DNA from: Euglena gracilis
Taxonomy: Eukaryota
NCBI GenBank assembly: GCA_039621445.1
Contig: CP154954.1
Coordinates: forward strand, 20,570,642 to 20,634,641
Reading direction: 5' to 3'
Length of the DNA: 64,000 nt
The notes under the pieces were generated by a model. The model was given only the letters and a program-made list of their open reading frames with translations. It was not told the DNA's origin and did not search any database. The position numbers and the translations under genes are program-made. Positions 25,301 to 37,300 of this stretch are shown one piece after another; the stretch's first letter is position 1, and each line of letters starts with the position of its first letter.

Positions 25301-28300
25301 CCGCCGAGACCGCCTGGACCAGGGCCGTGCGGGGAACGGCGCGCCAGACGAACGGCGCGCCAGTCCACGGTTTGCAGTCCTGCAGGTATGAGGCGGGTAT
25401 GGTAAATTTTTTGAAAAAGGTGCTATTTTTTAAACATTTTCCGCGATTTTTGGCCATTTTCGGGGAAAGGTGGGTGGGTCCCCCTGTGTGCACTGTGGCT
25501 GTTTTTTTGTGGTGCCTTTTATCCCTTCTTCTGGCCTGGCGCTGTTGTTCGCCTCTGGCTCTTTTTGTCTGTGTGCGTGGAGGTGGCCGGAGCCTGGCGG
25601 GACTTACCTTGTTTACAACGCCGGCCACCAAGCGCCCGCCAGGCACATACTCCACTTTAGTTAGGGGGGGTCTCCTTCACCGTGACAACGCACTGGTTAC
25701 TCCTGTCCACGACCCCAGCAGGTGTGGTTCCCAACTCCCCCCAGGGGGTGGGTGGGTGGGGGGAACCCCCCTCCCCCCGGTCATAAGAAAACCCCTGCAC
25801 CAGAGTCGCACCCCGCCCACACAAGCGGTCACCGTTGCACTCCCGGAGATCACAAACGACCGAGCCCGCCCACGAACCTCGCCGGGCCGTGTCCGTGCCC
25901 GGCGAACTGCCGTGGCCCGCGCTGCCCTGCCCCCGGCGTTCCTGGACCGCCTGAAGAGCGTCAACTGCCCCCAGGGGAAGGCAGCGCGGCGTTCCCCATC
26001 CCTGTGCATGGCCGTTTTGCTGATTTGTCGGTTGAAGTCGCCCCCAACTGGCGACTGACCTTTTTTTTTCGGAGCGACTGGTTTCGGCTACGGCCCCGAA
26101 ACCTCCAGGCAGAAGTGATCCACCGAGTGCTGAGAGTTTGTTTATTTTGACCCGTTTTAGGTTTAGCTGCCACTCCCCAAGGGCAGGGGCCAAAGTGGCT
26201 GAATGGTTTCAGTGCCTGCACCACCTTCCTAACACATAACTCCACACTATCGCCATGTGCCCCACACACCTCCAGCCGGCCCCTGCCCGCGGGCAAGGGG
26301 GGCGAGAGGCGTGGTGTGTCACCCAGCGCGACTCCACCACCGCGGTTAAGCAGACGTTTGAGGCCGCCCAACGGGCATCTTTCCGGGCCGAAGGGCTCCC
26401 GGCACCCCGGTCCCGTCCCCGGGAGGGGGTGCCTGCTTGGAGGGGAGGGTGTGGGATTTCGTAGTAGATCTAGGAGCAGGTGTGGCACATTTGGCCAGAA
26501 GTACCTGTGTTCTTCAAAGGGACAGCTGGAAAGCCCTAAATGGCCATTTCAGACAATTCGACTCGACTGGGCCTGTTGGAGGTAGTCCCTGCCTGTCCAG
26601 GTACTCCACGAGTCCCCCCCCCCCCAGGGTTTGGTCAATACTCCACGAGTCCCCCCCCCCAGGGTTTGGTCAATTCAGCCTCGCCCCAGTAGCTTTCCCT
26701 TCACCCGCTTTCCCTCCCCCATCCCTCAACGGGTCCAGACCACCCCCCACCTGCCAAAGGGGGGGGTGTAGGTCGACAACCCAATCCGTTGGCCAACTGT
26801 CCAAGTCTATAGGTCGAGACGGGGTTGGGGGGGGGCAGTTGGTAGTCGGCTGATCAGTGGGCCAACTACCCCTCTAATGTCCCAATGGGTCAAATTCGCC
26901 AACTTTTAAGCCCCAAGGCACTCTGCCGCCTCCCCGACCCCTTCCCACAGGCCGCCCGGACTCCCTCGCGGGCGGTGCAGGTCGTGGCGATGAACCACGA
27001 CCGGCCCCTGGCGGTGGGCGTGTTCCCCGCGGCCACCGACCTGGATGAGTGCGGGGACCATGGGCCCCCCGCCCCCCCCCCCCCATGGATTTTGGGTTCA
27101 TTTTTCAAAAAAATTTCAAAAAATTTTTTCCCGGCCAAAATCCCCGTTTTCCCAAATTTGGTGAAAATGCTGTGGTGGGTGGGAGGGGGGGTGACCACCC
27201 CCTTCCCATTCTGCCCCCGCCCCCACATGGGCCCAGTGTGCTCGAACCGCCATAGTGGACCCGGATACTGCGAGCCCGAACTTCTGGCTTTTTCGGAAAG
27301 CAATTTGGAAAGGGGGCAGGTGGTTCTTGGCAGACCCAGCCCGGGACAAATTTCAAGGCATGGCGGATCGGCCTGCCGGCAGCCACTCCAGGCACCCAAG
27401 ACCCTCCACCCCCCCCCCCGGGGGGGCGGTTGAATTCAGCCCAGTCCAGCTCCCGCCTCGGGGGGGGGGGGGGGGGGTTCCCCGTGAAACGATGCTCTGA
27501 CCATTCTTGGAAGCAGCTGGAACAGGTGCCAATGAGGGGAAGAAGAGGAAGGGGTTCGAATGTCTGGTGTGTCTGCTATCCAAGTGGAACCCAGGGGGAG
27601 ATATTGATATCGCAATTTTCCCGCAATTTCCTCGTACCATGCATTCGATTTGCATTTCAAAAAGGAATGTGCAATGATTTCTGGCAATTCCTTGAATGGT
27701 CCACCAGGGAACCCAATTGTTTTCTGCTTGCTATTTTGTCACAAATTTTCCAAAATTGGCAAATTTTCCGAGTTTTGGCAAAATATGTGGGTTCTCATCA
27801 ATCGAATTCCATATTTTTGGAATCAATATGTTCCCTAAATGGCTTCTTGGAAGATGAAAAAATAAAGGGATTAATATTTTCTTAGTTCTCAATAAAATAT
27901 GTACCGCATTATTCTGGACTATATTGCTATTACCTGCAACCATTATGTATTATATTAAGGTATATGTATTATATTAAGGTATATTATATATGTATTATAT
28001 TAAGGTCATTACTATAATATACTTATTATTCATTACTATTATTGTTATAAACTGCATCATGTTATTTCCCCTCATTTTCTGGAAGGCCTCTGATATCAAC
28101 CTTCCCCCTGTCTAACCAAAGAATGGGGTTGCTGGGATCAGAACTCTGCTTGTTTTGGTTGGCGGTTGACATTAGGGATAAAATTTGCAGGTTGCTGATT
28201 TTTTTTGACTTTTTGACCTTCCTGCCCCTCTATATTACCCCATGCACATCACCCAGGGTGGGGGTGGGGGTGGTGGCACTTTTTGGGTGAAACCAACACT

Positions 28301-31300
28301 TTTTTCCAAGCCTGCTGGCTCGCCTGATTGAGCGACAGATGTTGGGGTCTTCAACCTTTCCTGCCAGCGACTGGGTTGCTCGTTCGGACGCCCATGCTGT
28401 CGATTATTACCTGGGCGAAAGAGGGTTGTCCGGCAGCATTGGGTTGGTGTTCTTCAACAAGAAATGCCAACTATATGCTTCTGCACGGGGTCCCACCATT
28501 CCCAAGTCCTGTTTTCCTTTTGGTAAACGTTGCACGTGTATTCATAAAAAATAAACTTTCAAAAAAAATGGTCTCAATGTTCTTTTGTTAGTTTTTTTTT
28601 GCGATTTTTGATTAGACTCATAATATCTACCATCTGCAGGTTCGTTTGGGACGCTGTGGGAGGCGGGAGATCCGGACCGAGCCACCAACTCCGGGTTGGG
28701 GGGCGACGGGACCCATTTGGGGCTGCGGTTATTCGTTTGGTGGATGGGCGACATTCTCAAAACATTTCAGTGCCTTGGAATAGGTGGGGACATTTGCTTT
28801 ATCTGGGCCACCTTCTTTTCTGTACATATTTTCTTTCTCTCAACGTCCACTACAGGGTTTCCACAGCACCCCTTTCCCTTTTCCTCTAAGAAATCCTGAT
28901 GATAAGGAATTCTGTTTTTTTTTGTATCCTAGTTTTGCAGCTAGTTTATCGCTCCTGAGTGAGACTTCACACACAACAAGACGGGGTTATGGTGTACGGT
29001 CAGATATTTTTTTAAAAGTGTTTTCTAAAGAATAATTTGTTTGATAATGTAGGGGGGGTCCACCCCCCCCCTCCACGGGGGTTGGAGGTCAGGCCAAGCG
29101 GGTTCCCCCCCCCGGAAGTTTTTTTTCGCACCGAAAATTTTGGAACCCCCTTCGAAAGGAACAACTATAATGAAACATGGGAGCTGGAAGGGAAATGCAG
29201 GGCCGCGTGAGTTTTTGTCAAAAATTTGCGCACCCCACTCCTCATGTAGCCATTGGATAGTACCTGAAAAAATTGTTCAACTTTTTCTGCAGGGCAGAAA
29301 CTTTTTTTTTCCACTCTTTTAACACTTTGCCTCGATTTGTTTGGCCAACTCCCCCTCTTTGAAAAAAGGAGTGGTTTTATATGTGTCTTCTTTGTCAATT
29401 GGGAAAACCATTGGAAAAAGACCGTAGCTTGTTAAAAGTGAGAAAAAAATTGTTACGAGTTCCCATGAAACGTTGTGTTGAATTTTCCCATCCTCACCCC
29501 CCCCCTTTGTCGAACAACCGGGCTTGTCCAAAGACCAAATGTGTTCTTTTCGGATATGCTTTTGGTTTCGTGAGGATGGGAAGAAAGTGTGTGAATTAAT
29601 TTCTTATCTTTTTTTTTAATTTTTTTCACTGCTGCATTGCTTTTGTATTTGTTGGGATGGTCACCATAAAATGGATGAGAATGCCAAAATGCGCTAGAAA
29701 GGCCAATGTCCCCCCCAGGCATTTGCTTAAGGGATTGCAGTACCCCCCCGGGGGGGGGGCTGGACTGCAGCTAGTCCAAATTTGGCTAGTGGGTTTTCTA
29801 GCAGACCCCCCCCCGGGGGGGTCTGCTAGCAGGGCTAGCTAGTGGAAAAAAAATTTTTGGGACCCCCAAAAATGGCCAAAAATGCCCGTTTTTGGCCATT
29901 TTTGGGAATTTTTGGAACAAAATCAGCCAAAAACCTGTTAAAAATTTTTTTCCAGTCCGGGGGACCCCCGGACCCCCCCCCCGGGGGGAGGGGGGTCTAG
30001 CTAGTCCACTTTTTCCAGTGTCTAGCCGATTGGCTAGCCAGTACCCCCCCCCCCGGGGTCCTTAAGCAAATGCCTGGTCCCCCCTCAAAAATGGTTATAA
30101 ATACCCCAAAAATGGCTAAAATTGATTTCAGCGTGCAAAAAGGTGCGAAAGGTCTGAAAATTGCGAGAAGTTGGCCCAAAAAAAGTGGCCAGAAATGAAC
30201 AAAAGTGCCAAAAAATATACGAAAAGTGGCCCAAAAAATGGCCAAATGTGCCCCAAAATGTGCCAATTTTAGGTCATAATTTCCCTGCCGTGCCAAAGGA
30301 GTTTTTCCTACTACACCGAAGGAATTTTCCGTTGTGCGGTTGCTTGGCGGGTGGGAGGTGTCCACCTCCCCCTGAACAAACCGTGATCAGAGGTCATTGA
30401 AAATCAATAGCCCCCAAGAGAAGCGGCTGCTCGAAGCACGGGGTTCAATGAAACGCACCCCCACGTTTGGCGGGATTCCCGAGGATTTCGAAAGAGATGG
30501 GCCCAGGGGCATATATCAAAAGTCGCCCCAAAAATGCCAAAATTAGCCAACACAGTCGTAGATCCCCTCCTGCGGCATTTTTTTTTGCCAACTTGGGGTC
30601 CCTCCCTGTACAATGACCGCCCCCCTCCTCTGTGATCCAAACGTCAATGGTTGTTGGACAATGGCGGGGTGGGGTAACTTTTTCAAATCCCAAACCAAAT
30701 TGTCTCATCATTTTCTCCTGTCATTTTAACTTTGTTGTTGCAGTTCCATCAGCGAATGCTGCCCCTTCCCAAAGGGCTGCTGCAGCAGTTTCAGCCAACA
30801 GTTTTCAGTAGCCTGGGACTTCAGTGGCCGGAACTTTTTTTTGGCCCACCAGTATGCGACTGTGCAAACATGGACAACCGTACGTTACCGTTTGCAGGTG
30901 GCATCCCCACCTGCCCCTTCCAGGAGTTTGCCGCCTGGGGAACTTGTCACCACAGGGCCAGCACCGGCCGACCTGTACATCGGAACGCCTGCCCCACACA
31001 GCCTCCCGGGGGGTCCATCCAAATTTGAACGTTGTGTACAGGCTGAATTTCAATGGTGCGGACCCTGCCTTAGGGGGGGGGGCTGCCTGCCTGAGGAGGC
31101 ACTCCAAGGCACCCAGATCCGACCCTGGGTAGGGCACACGGCCAAAAGTGCCTGGGCACAAGGCAAAGGCTCTCCTGGCGCCGAAGGCGCCGTAACCCAG
31201 AACAGGCCATTTTGAGGCATTTTTTTTTGGCCTACGACCAGGCAGCACCGACCCCCCCCCCCAGGGGGTGTAGTGCCTGCCTGCCCGGGCACCCCAGGGG

Positions 31301-34300
31301 CCCTCCGAGACCCCCCCCCCCGGGTTGGTCTACCTCAGCCTGATCGTGTAGGCTGGGGGTCGCTCTTTCCGGGGCCCCGCCGGCAACGACCCCATCGGGG
31401 CCCCCAGGGGCACCGTGGCAGCGGGGGACGTCGTGGAGGTGACGGTGGACTGCGGCACGGTGGCGTTCGCCGTCAACGGCCAGCGGCACGGCCCTACGGC
31501 GCGGGCGGCCGGGGGCCAGTGGCGCTTTGCGGCGTCGCTGTGCGGGCTGGGCCAGAAGGTGAAGGCCACCGCCCTCCCCATCCGCCTGGGGCAGGCCTGC
31601 CGTTCTTCTCCCGGGATCTCTAAAATCACGATTTGGACCAGGGGATTTCTTAAGCTGGAGGGAACCCCATCCCCGGGAGGAGGGTCCAGCCAGCCAGCAG
31701 CCCAAATCGGCGCTGGGAGCCCCCCCCCCCCTTCCCTGGGGTTGAGTGAAATAAAGTTGGATCCAGCCTGGCCGGAGGCCGGGCTAGCCGGCCGAAGGCC
31801 GGACCAGCTAGCCGCAGGCTGGCCAGCGAACTGGGCTGCCCAGCTCACCTATCCCTGCATTTTTTCTCTCATCACAGCCTCGCCTTAAATGCCTGGAGCA
31901 AATGTCTGGCACACGGAGGCAAAATTGTTTTTCCGAAATTGTTTCTCATCGACACAGCCCAGCACAGCCCCCTCCAGCCCCGGACCCCCCCCCCCCATTC
32001 CCCCGGGGGTCCAGCCAGCAGCTCGTTTCCTGCCAGCAGCCTTTTTTCTAGCCGGAGGCTGGACCCCCCCCCCCCGGGCCGGGGGTCCTTAAGAAATCCC
32101 CTGGTTTGAATTTTGTTGTGTCACCCAGATGTCCCTTTTTTGTTTTTGTTTTGCTACTTTTTACCTCGCATTTTCGACCTGTGCGAATTCTGTGGACACA
32201 ATCAGCAGGACTTCCATCAGCACAAGATTTCTTTTCGCATTTTTTTGTGGATATTTTATCATGTTCCAACATCCTGTGCTACTGAAATATCTGTGTTGAG
32301 TCAAATTCAAGTTAAAATCTCCGGGAAATTCAACTCCTGCTTTTTGATTTTGAAATCTCCGGGAAGGTTCAAAATCAAAAGCAGGAGTTTTTATTTTTTG
32401 AAAGGAAAAAAATTAACCTATGGGAAAATGCCACTTGAGTCTAGAGGCAAAAAGGTTTGTTGACAAGCTACCAACACAACGAGCAACAGATTGATTGAAG
32501 TCAGAGGGACACAAAAAATAACAACATGACGCGGATCCCTTTTGAACGTCTCTTGGTAGCAAGCTTTAAGGAATATAAGTGCTATGGGTATTTTCATACC
32601 CCCAAGGTAGCCTGTATTCGAGACATGGCACGAACCCGGGACCCCTACCCCTACCCCCCCCTACCAGGTTTTGAATAGTGCTGAGCTCTTAATAAGCGCG
32701 CCCCCACCCCTTCATTGACCCCCCATATATACCAGCCACTCCGTGGAGCTCTTTGGACTGAAATGCAAGGGTTTTGTGCCCGAAACGGGAGGCCAAGGGG
32801 TCAAAAAACGCTCATTTTTGGCTCAAAAACAGGGTTTCCGGGTGCGGGAGAGCAAAAAACATCGTTTTGGGCAAAAATTTTTTTCGATTTTTTTTGGACT
32901 TTTTTGACCCGGGTTTGGCCCGAAGTCAATGGGTCGGCAGCCCAAAACAGGGCGCCGGCGGGTCGAAAAACGCTCGTTTTCGGCTCAAAAACAGTTTTTC
33001 CGGGTCCGGGAGGCCAAAAAACATCGTTTCGGGCAATTTTTTTTTCGATTTTTTTCGACTTTTTTTGGCCGAAAACGGCTAAGTCGAACAGAGTGAAAAG
33101 TGTAGAAAATGGCCTAAATTGGCCGAAAAACGGCCGTATCTCGGGCTAGGCGGTGAGCTGCGGGGAAACCAAAATCCCAGTAGATAGAGCGTTCCAAGGG
33201 CTTCAATTTAGGTCTCCAGACATTTCCTTTGATTTTGCATCATTTTTGAGAAATTGTGAAAACATCGATTTTTTGACCCCCCACCCCCCCGAAAACGGCT
33301 AAGTCGAACAGTGGGAAAAGTGTACAAAATGGCCATCTGCGCCGAAAACGGCCGTATCTCGGGCTAGGCGGGGAGTTGCGGGGAAATCAAAATACCAGTA
33401 GATGGGACCTTCCAAGGGCTTCAAATTAGGTCTCCAGACATTTCCTTTGATTTTGCTTCATTTTGGAGATATTTTGAAAGTTGACATTTTTTGGCCGAAA
33501 TGGCAGAGTCTAAAGGGGGGGAGGGGGCTTATCCAGGGGGGGGGGGGGCGGGCCAATCCAACCCAGTTTGGACCCCTTCGCGCGTGAATAACTCGCGCCT
33601 GGCGGGGAGTTGGGGATCAACCCAGGTGATTCGGAAACTAGGAATCGCAGTCGACTGAAATTTTTTTTTTCGGGAACGGGGCCGGGATCATGGTGATAAT
33701 CCGCCAGTTCCCGAGGTGGCCCCGAGGGGGGGGACGGGGGGTTCAGGGGGGTTTTCCCCCAGGGGTAAGCTTCGCTCTTACCCATAAAGGGATAAGGGCT
33801 CAGCGACCCCCCCAACCCCCCCCCCCACCCTCACCCGGGTTCGTGCCATATGTGCTGTATTCAGGAAGTTTGGTTTCAACTCCAATGAAAAATTGTTTGT
33901 CAGGCAGCATTCAGAGGTAAGTTACTTTCCCACCTCACTGACCACTGAAGTCTCATCATCTTTTATATCTTTTTTTTCCCATTTCTTCGTGTGTCTTTTC
34001 GTTCTACACGTTCCGAAATCTGGAAATTGGAGGGACACCTTCAAAAAACCCCAAAAGAAGGTTTTTTTTTTAACAATCTCGACCCCTTTTTTTATTTTTT
34101 CGGCAAACCCGGCTGTGTCTGCCCACCCTAACTTTTTTTCCAGTAAACCCCTGGGGCAGCTGGTAGGAAAAAGGTGCTGGCTGCCCCTCCGGCGTTTGAT
34201 ATCCTCTGGTGTTGCTGAGTCCCTACATTGATATGAATGGGATCAGGCTTCTGCTTAAGGGATTGCAGTACCCCCCTGGGGGGGGCTGGACTGCAGCTAG

Positions 34301-37300
34301 TCCAAATTTGGCTAGTGGGATTTCTAGCAGACCCCCCCGGGGGGGTCTGCTAGCAGGGCTAGCTAGTGGAAATTTTTTTTCCAGTGCCCGGCGCGAAGCG
34401 CCGGAATTTTATTTGGAATTTTTGGAACAAATTCAGCCAAAAACCTATTTTGAAAACCTCATTTCCACCTCGGCGCGCGCCGGAGGAAAAATTTTTTCCA
34501 GTTGGGGGGACCCCCGGACCCCCCCCCCCCAGGAGGAGGGGGGTCCAGCTAGTCCATTTTTTCCAGTGGCTAGCCGACTGGCTAGCCAGTACCCCCCCCC
34601 CCCGCGGTCCTTAAGCAAAGGCCTGAATGGGATTGATCCTGACATGCTGAGGATACCTGGCCGCAAAGTTGTTGGCATCCATCAAACGTTTTTTTTTTGT
34701 TGAACAGACATCATCAGACGTCGTCGCCGAATATGAAAAAGAATGGCTGCGGCCCACTTTGTGAATTTCCAGACATTTCCTTGCGAAATTGCATTTGAAA
34801 GACTTCATTAACAAGTGCAGAAAATTTCGATCAGGACCTTGAAAGCAGCGAGGGTCATGGGGAAGACGTGAAGGGCGAAGAGACGTTTTTTTAGCTTGAG
34901 GTCCAAATCCCTCACATCAGCGACTTTAATTGATGAGGCTTGTTGAGGCAGGGGGTTCCTTAAAGGGGGGGGGCAGCCGGTTGCTGGACTTGACCTGGCT
35001 GGCACCCAGAAAACGGCAAAATGGCCCAAATCCAGTTTGTAGCTCGGTTGGGGAGATGGCTGGAGACAAACGGCTGGTTTGGAGTCAATCTTCGGCACGT
35101 TGTTTTTTTTTTGCAGATTCCTTCTCCCCCCCAAAGCACAGACATTTTCAGACATTGCGGGGGGTGGTGAGGTCGATTCTCTCCGGCAGCGGTGCTGTGG
35201 ACGGCGCCCCGCTGGCTGTGGGGACCCGAGGCGGTCCTATCCTTTGGCCGGGAGACTGATTTCCTGCCCTGATTTCCCGAGTTCCTGCGCTGGGATCCGT
35301 CTTCATTTGTGGCAGTTCGGTAAAGGAACGCTGCTGTGCATGCTGTGGTGGAGGCTTTAGCTTCAAGCCAAGCCCTCTGATGCTAATGGGATGGCTGGGT
35401 GTGAGGGTTTGCTTTGCACACAACCATCCCTCCGAACCGCTTGCCAAACGCAGAAACCTTCTAACGTCTCAACTTCATTTTATTCAATTTGGGATTATTT
35501 TCTCTTTGCTATTCTTCGGAAGTCTGTTGAAGGAAGTTTTCCTTCGTTTTCGACAACATTCGGTTGCCCAGTCCGGATTCTTGACGCCCGTCTTTTGGTC
35601 CGATTTTTCAGCGTCAATCATGGAGCAACATTGCCACTCCCAGTTGTTTCCATCCCCAATTGTGGGTGAAATTTTGCAAAAGTGCAAAAAAAAAAAACGC
35701 ACGAAGCGCCAGAAAAGAAAAGTTTAACCTTTTGGAGGGGTACCGGGTACCCCCAAGGGTCATTCCGGACCCCCCTTGGCAGGTGGGGGGTGTCCCCCAA
35801 CCCCCCTCCGGTCAAAGGGGGGGGATTGGGGGGACACTCCCACCTAAACCCCATACACCCTCCTTATATCGAACCCTGAGGTAGAAGGCACAGATGTGAC
35901 GTACACGAGACCGTCGCTGGTGTAGACTCCGGTCGTTGTCAGAAGCGAAGCGGAGGTCCGCGCTGCGCTGGCCGGTTCCAAACTCCAGGTCGAGCCGCGG
36001 CTGCAGTTCTGCCAGAAGCGCGGGGAGGTCTACAAGTATGACTCGCAGGATAATGAATGAGACCCTGTTCACATCCCCACGGGTGTGCCTCGTTGCTTAA
36101 CACACAACTTGTTTCCTGCGTTGTTTTGAGCATCCTGCTGTTTGTAGGCTTTATGATCCTTCATGCCCTTCTGCAGCGCTGTTGTGGCACAAAAGTTATG
36201 GGGCATAAAAAACAGCTTTTTTTGTCCACAAATGAACCACAAAATCACAAACTTGTGAATCGAAGAAAAAAAAACATCTGCAGAATCACAAAAAGTTTGT
36301 TGCACACAATTCCAGATACAAACCCGACGGACCCAGAGACAAATGGTGTGCTTTTCCCAAAACAGCTGCAATAAACGGTCTGGCCTGACCCGTTCCCGGC
36401 TTGCTCACTTGCCTGGTGGTAATTGTTGACCCTCCCTTTCCTCAACAGGGCCCCCCTTCCACCTATCAACTTGCCATTGGCAGCACTGGAGTGTGGTTCA
36501 CCCGCGCCTGCTTTGATGTAGTGGCCAACGTCCAGGCCATCTGTCCCACTGATGAGTCTCGAGCTCCGATGCTTGATATTGAGCACTTGTGATCTTTTTT
36601 TTTGTTCGGGTCGTTTCCATCCAGCCAGCACAGGCCACAAATACCTCACCCCTTTGTCATATGTTTGGCGATCATCCCCTCTTCTCTTTTTGAACCATCT
36701 TTTTGGGCGGTTGCTTTGCGCATTGGCTTCAAAGTGACCTATTCCTGCTGATCACCCGGCACAAATTCTCTCACACGATACCTGCTCCGCAAAAACACAC
36801 AAGAGCACAAGGGGTGTTGTGGTGGACCCTCACACTGGCGTTTGTCACACAAGTGTCACACAAGTGTCACACAAGTGTCACACAAGTGTCACACAAGTGT
36901 CACACAAGTGTCACACAAGTGTCACACCGCCACTGTGACACGCAGCGGCAGTCCTGCCTTGTCCTGGGACAGCCGTCGGGCAGTCCCCCCCCCCCCCTGC
37001 CGTTACCCGGTGGCACTGCCGGGGATGACTGCGGGACCCTGGTGGGCCTGCAGGTGCGGCTGCGCACGGCAGAGAAGTTGGAGGTCCTACCCAGGCCCGC
37101 CGGTGCCATTTGTGCGGGGCATCCAATGCATGCGCGCAAATCAGAGTTATTAACTGTTCGGCCACACTTCAGTGTAAATGATCACTGTGGAGAGATTGGG
37201 GCGGGGGGGGGGGGCTCAATGGGATTCTCCTGCATTGTTTCAGAAGGTGAATATTGAGGGGACAAGCATGGCACAGATAAAGAGATCGGTGCAGTGCGCA

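Noticed and set aside
24919-26058. The 379-aa ORF as one continuous protein
   Set aside because: Only 25168-25316 and 25935-25968 match the paralogous repeats; the rest is read-through of MITE and intron sequence.
29726-30066. piggyBac element suggested by flanking TTAA
   Set aside because: The TTAA lies inside a longer TIR that extends to CAG/CTG and is bounded by an 8-bp TSD.
35923-35925. In-frame TAG in [14 protein letters not shown], suggesting stop-codon reassignment or a pseudogene
   Set aside because: The matching N-terminal part of the repeat ([10 protein letters not shown]) is supplied by the exon at ~35190-35229, so the TAG is most likely intronic. TAG also terminates gene A normally.
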